Below are positions 1 through 12,935 of a DNA stretch of 64,000 nucleotides, in pieces. The notes below the pieces were generated by a model that saw only the letters and a list, made by a program, of their open reading frames with translations, ran no database searches and was not told the origin of the DNA. The DNA is taken from positions 4,836,001 to 4,900,000 of the forward strand of contig OX597821.1 in the NCBI GenBank assembly GCA_951406725.2. The letters run 5' to 3'. How positions within the stretch are numbered: the first letter of the stretch is position 1; each line of letters starts with the position of its first letter. Source of the DNA: Octopus vulgaris (Eukaryota). The position numbers and the translations under genes are program-made.

Positions 1-1539
1 AAAGAGAAGACTCGTTGAGGGAGACAAAGAGAGGTTAGAAAAGAAGACAAATAGGTGAAAGTTGAAAGTGGAAGCATTACAATTGACAAGTGTGCTGTCT
101 TTATTCAAGTGGTGATGTCATAATAACCTTGCACAAAGAATGGAAGAAAACAAACAAAATGCAAATATGTACATGATGGTGCGTATATTTATGTATTTCT
201 ATAGTTTTCTCGCGATGACCTGAAAGTGTTGTATGAGTGTTGAATCAGTTTATTGACATATGGAGACCTAAGTTTGTAATCTTGTCGAAAGAATTTCGCT
301 TGTCTTTCTTTATAATTGTTATTTATTTATTTTGATTGTATGGTTTTTCTTTAATATTTTTCATCATTTTATATAAAGCAGATGGTTGTGTTGATTGAGC
401 TCTGAACGAGTAGCCGAGGGCTCGACTGTTCGTGTTTTGTTATAGGCGGATTGTAAGTAGATATGAATGGATGTTATAGTTCACTGCTGCTGTTAGCAGA
501 TAAAATACTGTAACATTCACGAACCTCTCGTTGAGGTGCACAGCTGACTTCGCAATCTCTCGTTGGAGAAAAATGCAGAAATTTTAGGCGCTACTGTTGT
601 ATTTTAATTACATTTTTTTTATATATATTTGTACATAAAACTAAATATATAATAAATATGATACCCTTCAGCCTTGAGGGTAAAAGAGATTAATTTTGTG
701 CATATTTGTTTAACATTTCATTTTCGCTGATTTTAAACCACACAGCAAGTTGTCGTAGTCACACTCGGCAAGGAAAAGCTATAAATCCTTAGAGATTCAA
801 GTTTAAGGAATGCTATGATGTCAAGTTAAAGATTAGTCCATTTTAATTTCACCAGTTGTAGCCTATACAAAAGAAGTAACGTCACACAATGTCGTAAGTC
901 CCACTAAAAAATAAATTGCCTTCTGGGAAATTAAAAGCAAAATTATTACAGGACCATGAGTTGGTGATGGAAGTAAAGTATTTATACTCTTCATCTGTGT
1001 AATGTATGGCAACTACGTTCGATTACCGATCAATCATTTCTGTGACGCCATTACACAAAACGTGACATATGACACAAAAAATAATGAGTTATACAAAATA
1101 TATCTTCATTATGGATATCTGTTTGTGCTCCTGTAAGTTCACAAAATATTAATATATAGGGAATAGTTAGATTTCCGCATAACGGTTTCCATGGCCGAAT
1201 TTATCATTAGTACACATACGATGGTAACTCTCAAATATATCTTCAAATTTTCCAAATTGGTTCGAGAGCCTCTAGCTTTTGTTCGATTTACTTAAAGTTG
1301 CAGCTAACCAATTCTGAAATTACTATGAACTATCTTACGTAGTAACGAGGCGTCCGATAGTCTATCGTTATTCATCGCTAAAAGGACGGCTAGGACACGA
1401 CTCGAAAGCATCTGATCACACGCTTGCTCAATATAAGGTTTTTATTTATTTACACATTCCGTTGTTAATCGCAATATTTTACTACGCATCCATACCCTCG
1501 CCTTTTTCTACTATATAATATCGTTGGAAATTTTTGCAC

Positions 1540-1725
1540 CATGCCAGCAATTTTCGCGGAGGGACTAATTCATTTAAACCGACCCACTAGTGCTCAACTG
1601 GTACTTCTTTTATCGACCCGAAAAATGCAAGCAAAGTCAACCCCAGTAGCATTGGAACTCAGAACACCTGATGAAATTATGCCAGGCACCTTGCCTGGCG
1701 AGCTAACGTCTCTTCCAGCTCAGTA
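1540..1725 (-). mobile_element. Degenerate tRNA-derived SINE (family C)
   Basis: Diverged match to the motif cgaccccagt..aactggtactt..ttatcgaccccgaaaggatgaaaggcaaagtcgacctcggcggaatttgaactc, seen intact at 46978-47205. Confidence 0.75.
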
Positions 1726-1947
1726 CCTTTGTCTACAATATAATAAAAATATAATATACAGATCAACATACAGACGAATAGGTACATCGTTTATAAGAAA
1801 AGACAAGCACACATACGCAAATGGAAACTGAAACACATGACCATATACGCACACTCACTTTACTCCATACAAGGACACGGTTCCACACATATAGAGATGC
1901 ACATCCATACATACAAACCTGGTACATAGTTTCAAAACACACACATA

Positions 1948-1991
<44 letters not shown>

Positions 1992-2189
1992 TGCACACAC
2001 AAGGAGACAGAGGTGCAGACATAAACAAACACACGCTCACACATACACATTCATAGAAAATACACAAACACGGACGTAGAAGCACATGGATATGCTGAAT
2101 ACATAAAGATGCACACATGCATACATATATACATATGCATACAGACACATATATACTTACACACACATGCATACTTACACACACATGCA

Positions 2190-2224
2190 TACATACATAC
2201 GTATACACATACATACATACATAA

Positions 2225-2255
<31 letters not shown>

Positions 2256-2345
2256 CATACATACATACATACATACATACATACATACATACATACATAC
2301 ATACATACATACATACATACATACATACATACATACATACATAAG
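2190..2345. repeat. (CATA)n microsatellite
   Basis: Directly visible tandem acat repeats. Confidence 0.97.
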
Positions 2346-2714
2346 TACATGCCTGCATAGGCACTCATACACACTGAACCACGCACATGCGCACAAACAA
2401 ACATAACGGAACGCAGTGTAAATAACGGACAGAGTCAAGACTATTGAAAAGGTTGTAAGACGCAACGAACATTTTAGGAAAATAAAAATAAGTGGAAATT
2501 TTACCGGTGAGTGTGTTATAAGGCACAAAAAGAAATTTACTCTCCCCAGACACAACAGAATATGCTTCAACACACAAACTCATATAAAGAATCTTGCAAA
2601 CCAAATCTAAAAACGAAATATAACATAAAAACTTTTTTGTCTGTTTATACTCCAGTGTTGGAATTGCTTTTAGATTGCAATATATTTGAGGTTTCTTATA
2701 AGAAAAGAATGTAA

Positions 2715-3020
2715 AGTCGCATGGCTCACAGGTTAGAGCATCGGGTTCACACTCACGAGGTAGTGATTTCGATTTCCGAACCGGGCTGTGTATTGTGTTC
2801 TTGAGCTAGACGTTATTTCACGTTACTCCAGTTCACTCAGGTGGAGAAATGAGTTGCGATAACAGTGGTCCCAAACTGTATCGGCCTTTTCCTTTCCCTT
2901 GAGTAACATCGGGGGCATGCAAAGAGTCGTCCATCAACACACTTGCCGGACTTGTGCCTCGGAAGCTACCTTTCTCGATTAATCCCATGGTTATTAATGA
3001 CTGAAGGGGGTCCTAATCGT
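2715..3020 (+). mobile_element. tRNA-derived SINE with CORE-like body (family A-related)
   Basis: A-box-like tggctcacaggttagagc and B-box-like atttcgatttcc; body gtgttcttgagctagacgttatttcacgttactccagttcactcag resembles the copy at 57346-57669. Confidence 0.7.
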
Positions 3021-3209
3021 TTACTTTATAAGAAGACAAAATTTCCCTCGTAATATCACCGCTGTGTAATTGCTTTAGCTGTGGTTGATTGATAAACATG
3101 TTTATAATTATTATCGACATAGCTACAGGATCGCTTGTCCTACAACAAACGACGGTTAAAACCTCCTCAAAACTTATTGTATTTCATTTAGGAAATGGAG
3201 TTTAAATCA

Positions 3210-3628
3210 GATTAGTTTTTTCTCCGATCTCCACGGAGCATCCAGTGGCTCGGTTGTGTAGCAATTTGAATACTGAAGAAAAATTGCTTAACTCATACTC
3301 CATGGAACTCTTCTAACCACATATTTGCGAAACTGGCTCTCTAACTACGCAGTCATGCTTACACTCTAAATATCATACCCTAAAAGATCACTTTGTTAAT
3401 AAAGATGTTGGTTTAACTATTTGATTAGTTCTTCCCTGATTTCCACAGAGCATCGGGTGACTCGCTTATGTAGCAATTTGAATACTGGAGATTCATTGCT
3501 TAACACGGACTCCACAGAACTCTTGTAAGCACATATCTGCGAAACTGATGCTCTAACTATGCATGCTTAAATTCTACACACCTTAATCTAGTAGATCACT
3601 TCGTAAATATAGATGGTAGTTTAACTAC
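3210..3628. repeat. Diverged tandem duplication, two units of about 214 bp
   Basis: gattagtt..ccac(g/a)gagcatc..tgtagcaatttgaatactg..gcgaaactg..agatcact occurs from 3210 and from 3424. Confidence 0.85.
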
Positions 3629-3914
3629 CCAAAGACCAAGAGACGGTGTTATTTTTGTGTTAGTGTAACTTATTTTTGTGTTAAGATGATCAACAAAAGG
3701 ATTAGAAGAATTTGGCTATACGTTTTATGTCTATTAGTTTCAAAGAAGGCTTGTAAACGAAATCGTTATGTTCATATAAACTCACGTTTATACTCTACTT
3801 GATGCTAAGTGTGTTTAGAAAGGAAACACAACATTAAAACTCCATTCGATCAGCCAGTAATAGCAGTCAAATACCACGAAAATTATCACTCCTTAATTTC
3901 TTTCCACAAAGCGG

Positions 3915-4081
3915 GTGCAGACGTGACTCTTTGATAAGAAGCTTCCTTCCCAACCATATGGTTCCAGGTTCAGGTCCCATTGCGTGACATCTTTGGCATG
4001 CGTCTTCTACTATAGCCTTGGGCCGATCAAAGCTTTGTGAATGAATTTGGTAGACAGGAACTGAAAGAATATACACATATT

Positions 4082-4130
<49 letters not shown>

Positions 4131-4358
4131 TTGTGTGTGTCACTTTGTGCCTGTTTTTGTCGTCTCCTCACCACCGCTTGAAAACAGGCGTTGCTGTGTT
4201 TACGTCCCCGTAACTTAGCACATCGGCAACAGGCGGCCGACAGCATAAGTACGAACCTTCACAAAAACAAAAGTACCGGTGTCGATTTATTCCACTAAAA
4301 CTTCTTCAAGCTACTGCCACAGCACGAGCGCAGTCACATGACTGGAACAAGTAAAAGA
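3915..4358 (+). mobile_element. tRNA-derived SINE family B with internal (TG)n, near full length
   Basis: Head caaccatatggttccaggttcaggtccc, body tttggtagacaggaactgaaagaa, tail gtttacgtccccgtaacttagc...gactggaacaagtaaaag; matches 51757-52140. Confidence 0.85.
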
Positions 4359-4796
4359 AAAATTAACACAGACCTACGTATATAATATAGTGCTAGGTGC
4401 GGTTTCCCGAAAGTTCCATGGTGTAGTCATGGATGGAAGGCATTTTATTATTGTTCTATTCATGAAGGACTAATCTACACCTATCAAACAACAACAATGA
4501 AAAGTGCGAAGGCGAATTTAGTTGATAAGCTAGCAGGTGTCAATTTCTCCGACTCGCTTAGTTTAGCTTAGAGCTATCTTTATGCCTAGGGCATAAGACG
4601 GGCACTTAATCCACTTTCTTTAGTGTATATATGAAAGGACGACGATCAATTGTAATTAGGGATGCTAATCATTTACTGCTGAGTTGATTGTGAAATAAAG
4701 TGTTTTACTCTACGACACAACACACCACTCGCTACGAGCTTCAAATCCAGGTTCTGACTGTCACGAATACCCCTAACCTCCTAGGGCTTAACTATT

Positions 4797-4920
4797 CACA
4801 CTATGCCACACCCCAGGTACTGTAGGTTAAATCTCAGGCACATTAAGCCACACCTCAGACACACTAAACCACACCCTACGGACACTACGCACACCCCAAG
4901 CACACTACGCCACACCCCAT
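4797..4920. repeat. Degenerate minisatellite of about 20 bp (cacactacgccacacccca)
   Basis: Five to six diverged units of cacacta(a/c)gccacacc. Confidence 0.7.
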
Positions 4921-5069
4921 CTAGAAAAGCGCAGCGAAGTCTTCCTGAAATCACACAATAATTCTCATCCGCTTCTGAATAAAGGATATCGGTGATAGTA
5001 CACGAAAATGCAGAATATTCATATTTGCTAAAGTTTATAAACAATAAAAATAACTGTTTCGAATTCTAA

Positions 5070-5540
5070 TATAGATCCAAGACGCCATTTTGACGGAGGT
5101 GAGCAAGTCGTCCACATCGAATTCAGTTCCTACTTTATTTTGTCGGCCTCGAAAGGATAAATGGCCAAGCAAACCTTGCTAGAATTTAAGAGTCAAAAAC
5201 TGAATGACATATCACTTAGAATTTTGGCCAATGTTTATTGCTTTTGGTTTCAAATTTCAGCGCAATACCAAGTGAGTACTAGGGTTAATGTTATCGACTT
5301 ATCGCTCCACCAAAATTGCTGGACTCGTGCCAAAATTTGAAACCGAAAATTGAAATCTTCCTGTTAACCATATTGATTCCATTGACTCCACTATTTGGCT
5401 GGTACATTATTTTGTTGAATTCGAAAAGATAAACCAAAAAGTTGACTTCAACGTGATTTGAACTCAGAAGGTAGAATGGCAAAGAATGCGGCTCAGCATA
5501 TTATCCGGCGAGGTAACGATTCTGCAAGCTCACCCACTTA
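5070..5540 (-). mobile_element. Cluster of old, degenerate family C SINE copies
   Basis: Relics such as ggcctcgaaaggataaatggccaagc and ctggtacattattttgttgaattcgaaaagataaaccaaaaagttgacttcaacgtgatttgaactcagaa. Confidence 0.6.
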
Positions 5541-5820
5541 ACAGCAAAATGAAACGAAATCCACACAGACAGACATTTCAAAGCCATGTCTTAATATCGA
5601 TACGTATAACAAATTTGTTAGTTGGTTAAATGTATTCGAAAACTGGGTATAGATGACCTCATGGCGATGCCAGGTCAGGTCAGGTCAGATCGACATTGGA
5701 ATTTTGGAATGAAATATATTACAGAAATCGAAAACAGATTTCCATAATTGGTTTAATTATTCATCTGAAAAATAAATATGAAATTATTAAAAGCCAAGAA
5801 AAAAACAATAACAAATTGAT

Positions 5821-5821
<1 letters not shown>

Positions 5822-5894
<73 letters not shown>

Positions 5895-6223
5895 TAATAA
5901 ATGATAAGCAAGGAAAAATAACAATGTCGATGGCGATGATAATTATCGAGGACATTGAGAATAATGACGCTGGTGATGGTGATGATGATGATGAAGATGA
6001 TGATGATGATGGTGGTGGTGGTGGTGGTGGTGATGATTATCATAATTCTGATCATGATTATCAAAATGTGCACAAGTGGGAGACACAGCGGGAATGGTTG
6101 TACTGGAAGCGGCAGTTGGTTGTGGTGGTTGTGGTGGCGGTGGTAGTAATGATGGTGGTATTAGTGGGGTAGAGTTGGGGGGTAGCGGGGGATGTTGTGG
6201 CAGTGTTATCATTTGTAGGTGTG

Positions 6224-6273
<50 letters not shown>
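5822..6273. repeat. Compound trinucleotide microsatellites (AAT)n, (GAT)n, (GGT)n, (AGT)n
   Basis: Directly visible. Confidence 0.95.
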
Positions 6274-6275
<2 letters not shown>

Positions 6276-6557
6276 GAAGAGGAGGAGGGGGATCGGGGAG
6301 GAGTGGGGAGAAAAAGACTGGAAAGAAGAGGAGGAGGATATACAGAATAGGATGACGATGATGATCTTGATGATGACAAAAATTACGATCATGAAATGAA
6401 GAGAATTAATGGCGGTGAAGTGTTCCAAGCAATATATAGTTGACGTCGATAAGAGGGATCATGAAAAAAATCATGTTAGTGGTCGTTGTGATAAAGTTCA
6501 TAAGTAATGAATATATGTGTGTGTGTGGTGGGGCAAGTCGGTTCCCTGTATGGGTTT

Positions 6558-6950
<393 letters not shown>

Positions 6951-6966
6951 GATATACATATAAATA

Positions 6967-7784
6967 TACGATGTCTGGTTAACAAGTATCACGACTGTTG
7001 CCATAGAAACGAAGGTAAAGGACACTGAGTGAATCTACTTGGCACAGATTGACCATGAACAATGATGTGCATGCGCACAAAGGTTTAACGTTGTAGCTCA
7101 CTTCCACTGTTTACACCAGTGCTTGGAAGAAACGTGTGCCGCGTGTAATCATTACAGAGAAACTTGTCATGACTTACACAAATTAGCAGAAATTGTATGG
7201 GAGAGGAGAGTGTGAGCCTCACACAAGTGTACGAGTCGTTCAGACATTTCCAAGATGGTCGAAATATGTGGATATAGACGAAAGTTCTGAGAAATCTGCA
7301 ACCAGCAGAAATGAGAGAAACAAGGCAAATATGCATGCAGGTGTGAGGGGAAATCGTTGAGTGACCATCCGTGAGTTATCAAATGTGCAGATTATTTATG
7401 GCTCAGTTCAATCCATTAGCACGGAAGACTTGCGTTTAAGATTCGTGTCTGTCAATTTTGTGCGAAAACTGCTTTCAGCTGACCAAAAAGATACTCGGGT
7501 TACAGTTGCACAAGATCTCCCTGATTGTGTCTAAAACGATGGAAACTTCTTGAAAACGTTGCGTAGGTCTCTGAAGAGGTATCGCCAAGATTTTTGCGAA
7601 CTCAAATACATATTCTCTTCTCAACTTTTTCTGTCATGGTCAATGTGACGATCACACGCTACACACTTTTCTTCCAAGTACTGTTGCAAAAAATTCAAGG
7701 TCAATCTGTGGCAAGCTGCTTCTCTCTGCGTGCTGTGGCTCCGTTGTTATAACAACAGCCTTGATACATACTGACCAGACCGTA
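6967..7784 (+). mobile_element. Internally deleted mariner element with both TIRs
   Basis: Left end tacgatgtctggttaacaagtatcacgactgttg matches the reverse complement of the right end (tacggtctggtcagtatgtatcaaggctgttg). Frameshifted N-terminal transposase at about 7190-7562: QVYESFRHFQDGR..VTIRELS..GSVQSISTEDL..FVRKLLSADQK (WVPRLL-like motif). Confidence 0.8.
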
Positions 7785-8210
7785 TACACACACGCACACA
7801 CACACACACGTATATGTATATATAATATGCATAAATAGATATATGTGTGCATATGTGCATACACACACATTCACACACGCATACGTTATCGAGGCAATCA
7901 AAATATGCTATGAAAATTACCATTAAACAAAGGGAAATTTCTATGCAACTGACCGTTATAAAGACAAAAGAGCTATTGGAATGACCGTTAAATAAGGGAA
8001 AAAACCGAAAAGAACGAAGTAAAAAGGGAAGGAGTAAAAACTGCTCATAGCAATAGCGTATGTGCGCATGTACATACATGCACATGCGCGCCCCCACACC
8101 CACGTACCTGTGCCTATATGCATATGCTCACACTTACTCGAATGAAACACACACATGCGCACTCACAGACACATACAAACACATATGTATATATATATAT
8201 ATATATATAT

Positions 8211-8480
8211 ATTAATTCGAGACAAAACCACTATTTTGCAATACAAACAAGGAAAGACTTAATCAATACATAAAAATTTTAAATATAAAGAAATAATGTG
8301 GCGGTTTATTTCTTTATATTAAAAATTTTTATGTATTGGATTAAGTCTTTCCTTGTTTGTATTGCAAAATAGTGGTTTTGTCTCGAATTAATATTATATA
8401 ATATTTTACTATAAAATTGGATTTAATCCTAAATCTGATTTTTCCCTGTAAATTTGGATTTATTCCCTAATATTTATTAT
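8211..8480 (+). mobile_element. Hairpin-plus-tail insertion in (TA)n (putative PLE-mobilised non-autonomous element)
   Basis: Near-perfect inverted arms 8211-8296 and 8306-8394, 9-nt loop, then a tail of about 86 nt; TA repeats on both sides. Confidence 0.8.
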
Positions 8481-9381
8481 TATATATATATAAGTCGCTT
8501 ATACTTTGTGAAACTAATGAGCTGGTTTTTGACTCAGTATACATGTGCTTCAGAACAATGTGTTAGATGAGTATAGAGCGGTAATAATACAGGTGGGCTG
8601 GCACAGGACATAGGACTATTATTTTATGAGCTACATTAGCTTACATATGTTTCTGCCATTGAATATTTTCTACTAGTAAATCTAATTACCTTTTTGGGAC
8701 ATATGCTTTTTTACAAACATCAATTAATTTCTCAGTGTTAATGCCTTTCCTGTATATTACACAAATATTATTGTTTGTTTTTTTTCCATATAAATTGCAC
8801 CTCATTTTCGAGACCCCGCTGAAGGAAGATGATATTCAGGCACTCTTCTTAGAGACCAGTGCACCTTATAGCAGAAACAACTTCATGATATAACCATAGT
8901 TTTCCTGTCTTACTTCTTTTTCTTATATGTATGTGTGTATGTTTGTGTATGTGTGTGTATGTGTGTGCGTGTATGTAGATGTATCTCTGTATGCCTGAAC
9001 ACACATGTATATAAATACTATCATACACACACGTAGATATACTTTGATATACGCTTGCCTTACTGACACAAAACAGTCTTTATTCGCACCAGACATCGTT
9101 ATCAAATTCATATGCACGTACCTGTCGAATTCAGCGAATAATTCGATGATGAAATTGCTTATTTTTCTGATGCTCAGAAATAACATTGTATCTCGTTGTC
9201 AGTCTTCTCTGTCCCTGTACATGTTACGAGACGGAGAAGAGAAAATAAAACACAACACACCAGACGTGTTACATGCTATGTCTATCTTAGCACACATATG
9301 TTCTTCAGAATGTGATTTCTTTGAATTTTTTTTCGTAATACCATGAACTTAGTATATACACACGCGCACACATATGCATGC

Positions 9382-9417
<36 letters not shown>

Positions 9418-9419
<2 letters not shown>

Positions 9420-10005
9420 CTAAAAATAAGGGTGACAGAGAGACACCACCATGCCGAAATACCAGTCAAATCCCTGACTCTAAAAACCAGTTTAAATGTT
9501 CATATCGCACCATGAGATAATACAGAGGGACAAAATAGACTAGCAAAAAGATATTACTGAATAATTCAAAATCCTTGTCCATATCGTGCTTATGAGGTGT
9601 TTGGCGGGCAAATTAACTGGCCTTGTACATACGTGCATATGTGTGTATGTATGGACGTTCGTATATGTAAGTATAACGTTTGTTCTGCATATATGTATTT
9701 GTATTTATGTGCTCTGAGATGTTCAACTGATGACGGCAAAGCTTATTTAAAGCAAAGCTAGAAATCAAGGATCTTGAATTATTCAGTAATATCTTTTTGC
9801 TAGTCTATTTTGTCCCTCTGTATTATCTCATGGTGCGATATGAACATTTAAGGTGTTTTTTAGAGTCAGGGATTTGACTGCTATTTTGGCATGGTGGTGT
9901 CTCTCAGTCACCCTTATTTTTAGTTGTAAAAAATGATTACCTTTGTATGGTATTTTTCCCATGCTGGCCACTTGATAATATCGATATTACTCTTATTTAT
10001 AAATT
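9418..10005 (+). mobile_element. Hairpin-plus-tail insertion in (TA)n carrying a hammerhead ribozyme
   Basis: Inverted arms 9418-9577 and 9766-9925, tail of about 80 nt, TA flanks. Confidence 0.8.
9722..9778 (+). ncRNA. Type I hammerhead ribozyme (predicted)
   Basis: ttcaa-CTGATGA-c-ggc aaa gctt attta aagc aaa gct-a-GAAA-tc aag ga-TC-ttgaa; stem I ttcaa/ttgaa, AUC cleavage triplet after 9773. Confidence 0.7.
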
Positions 10006-10015
10006 TATATATATA

Positions 10016-10529
10016 CTAGCAGTATTGCCCGGCGTTGCTCGGGTTTGTAAGGGAAATAACTATATAGGCATTTTTAGAGAGTTATAGCAAAAAAATGCAT
10101 TAAAAATGGAATAAAAAATGATGATAATTTTTTTTTTAAATCGTTGACTCAGTGTCTTCAAGCCATGAAGTCGTTGTTCTAAAAGAACGCTGGTTTCCTT
10201 AACAACGCATTACGACGTTGATTTCTTTACACTCCCTTCCCCGCAGCTTCACGAGGGAGGGAAGGGGAGAAGCAAACAGGTGCAGCTGTGAGCGTGGACG
10301 CCAACTCCGCCGCTATCGACACACGATGCATTTTATGCATTAAAATGGAATAAAAAATGATGTTAAATTATTTTTAAAATCGTAGACTCATCGTTGACGC
10401 GCGCTAATAGTCAGACGGGCTCGATATGAATCACGACTATAAGATACCCGAATTTGGTTAAACTGCACCGCAAAATGTGGGAGGAGTTAGGAATCTAAAT
10501 CGAAGGGGACAGACACTCACACAACTAGA

Positions 10530-10569
<40 letters not shown>
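10016..10569 (-). mobile_element. Non-autonomous Helitron
   Basis: On the minus strand it starts TC(TA)n and ends with hairpin cccgagcaacgccggg followed by caatactgCTAG; inserted between A and T; no TSD. Confidence 0.8.
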
Positions 10570-10601
<32 letters not shown>

Positions 10602-10748
10602 TAGACTACATTATATTATATTACATATCTTTCTGTTATCATACTTTTGGTTGTTTCAGTCATTAGGCTGTGTCCATGCTGGGGCACTTATTGGTGTCTT
10701 TTGCCAAAGCCTTCATTTTACATAATATTAATATCTTTTAATAAATAA

Positions 10749-10810
<62 letters not shown>

Positions 10811-10813
<3 letters not shown>

Positions 10814-11475
10814 GAAGTGCAAAAGTCTCGTAAACTGTATTGATATCCAACCGGTTCTCGCTATTTAAATTAACCTTTCAAGGGATATTGTGAAATGATA
10901 TTTCCGGCTTATTTAATTTACATTGCATTCTGCTTACCAAGGATTTTCCTTTGTCTATAGTAATTCAATATTGACAAAATGAGAAATTAGTATTTTAAAT
11001 TACATACAAATGTACCGAGAAACATACCTCTAGTATATATTATGAAGTTCAAGAGACATTTTGTACATTTCAATTTCAAATTCAATTTCGTTTTTTTCCA
11101 ATTTTTCAAAACTGCAATTATTTTAATTTTTTCACATTTCCTGTAGAATTTACCTCTCATACCATATTCAATAATGCTGAGGTACTTGTCCCCTTGCCAC
11201 CTGTTGCCTCCCTTTATCCACTCTCTGCACTTATTTTTACTTCTCTAGAAATCCAAATTATGGTGATCCCTGGTCTCAAGAAATTATCACTTCACAATGT
11301 CCCTTCAAAATCTAATTTAAATAGCCGAAACCGGTTGGGTATCATTGCATTTTATGAGACTTTTGCCACCCATGAAATACGTATGGATATTTTTTTTATA
11401 AAAAGATATTAAAACTATGTGAAATGAAGACATTACTCTTCCTCTCTTTTTATGTTTTTCACATATTTTCACTAT
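10811..11475 (+). mobile_element. Older hairpin-plus-tail insertion in (TA)n with decayed HHR in both arms
   Basis: Diverged inverted arms 10811-10904 and 11280-11373; GAAACCGGTT at 11327-11336; tail of about 100 nt. Confidence 0.65.
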
Positions 11476-11478
11476 ATG

Positions 11479-11538
<60 letters not shown>

Positions 11539-11580
11539 GTGTATGTATGTATGCATGTATGTATTATGTATGTCTGTATA

Positions 11581-12105
11581 TTAGGTTGTCAAGAAAGTCC
11601 GTACAGAATTTTAAATTTTGGTTTTAAATTATGTATTTTCAAATTAATTTTCATATAATTACTTTGACTTTATATTTTATTTTAAAGCCTGTTTTCGGTC
11701 TCTCTAATCGTGTAACTTTTTTTCTTTTTGAAAAAATTAGGCCATTTTTTCTGGAACGTTGAATACAGCATGGACAAAAAGAAAATTCGTACGATTTTCT
11801 TATTCCCTTTCAATCTAGGCCGAAAAGCTGCTGAAACAGCTCGCGATATCACTGATGCGTTTGACCCAGGAACCACTAATGAACGTACAGCACAATGGCG
11901 GTTCAAGAAACTTTGTAGCGGTGACGAGAGTCTTGAAGATGATAAGCGTAGTGGTCGGCCAATTCACGCACAAGTGTTCGAGAGCTTGATTCTGAATTAG
12001 ACATAACGTTCACGACAATTTCTAACAACTTGAAAGAAATTAGAAAAACAAAAATACTTCAGTAATAGGTGTCGCACGAATTGAACGACAGCCAAAAAAA
12101 AACCC
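11581..12105 (+). mobile_element. 5' part of a mariner element (transposase pseudogene)
   Basis: TA|ttaggttgtc terminus; MDKKKIRTIFLFPFNLGRKAAETARDI..TAQWRFKKLCSGDESLEDDKRSGRP HTH region; VSHELNDSQKK (WVPHEL-like). Confidence 0.88.
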
Positions 12106-12244
12106 CCGCTCAATGGCTGGACGCCGACGAAAAGAATTACTGGGACCGATTTTTCGACTAAAATCTTCAAGGCCCTGCCCTACTAATTTAAAAGATACAA
12201 GTTGAAAGATGATGCACAAAAAATGCAAATAATAAGTATTTCAA

Positions 12245-12638
12245 TTTTCTGCCACAAGGTCAGCTTGGGGGAGTTAGGGATGAGTCGATTACATTGACCC
12301 CAATTTTCAACTGGTACTTTGGCACTTACTTTCGCGACCCCGAAAGGATAAAAGGCAATGTCGACCTCGGCGAAAATTGAACTCAGAACGTAAAGGCAGA
12401 CGAAATACATATTTCTTTACTACCCGCAAGGGGCTAAACATAGAAAGGAAAAATAAGGACAGACAAACAGATTAAGTCAATTATATCGACCCCAGTGCGT
12501 AACTGGTACTTACTTAATCGACCCCGAAAGGATGGAAGGCAAAGTCATCCTCGGCGGAATTTGAACTCAGAACGTAGTGGCAGACGAAATACCGCTAAGC
12601 ATTTCGCTTGGCGTGCTAACGTTTCTGCCAGTACGCTG

Positions 12639-12640
<2 letters not shown>
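12245..12640 (-). mobile_element. Family C SINE with duplicated body
   Basis: Two body units joined at gacgaaatac|atatttctttactaccc; single head at about 12590-12640. Confidence 0.85.
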
Positions 12641-12641
<1 letters not shown>

Positions 12642-12712
<71 letters not shown>

Positions 12713-12935
12713 TAAAGAAGAAGAAGAAGAAGAAAAAGAAGAACAAGAAGAAGAACAAGAAGAACAAGAGGAAGAAGAAGAAGAGAAGAGGAAGAAAAAG
12801 AAGAAGAACAAGAAGAACAAGAACAAGAAGAAGAAGATGAAGAAGAAGAACAAGAAGAAGAACAAGAAGAAGAGGAAGAGGAAGCGAAGAAGAAGAAGAA
12901 GAAGAAGAAGAAGAAGAAGAAGAAGAAGAAGAAGA
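12642..12935. repeat. (AAT)n followed by (GAA)n microsatellite
   Basis: Directly visible. Confidence 0.97.

Noticed and set aside
8638-8660. Minus-strand GAAACATATGTA resembling an HHR 3' half with a palindrome
   Set aside because: No matching CUGANGA and stem II found upstream; may be a relic but cannot be supported.
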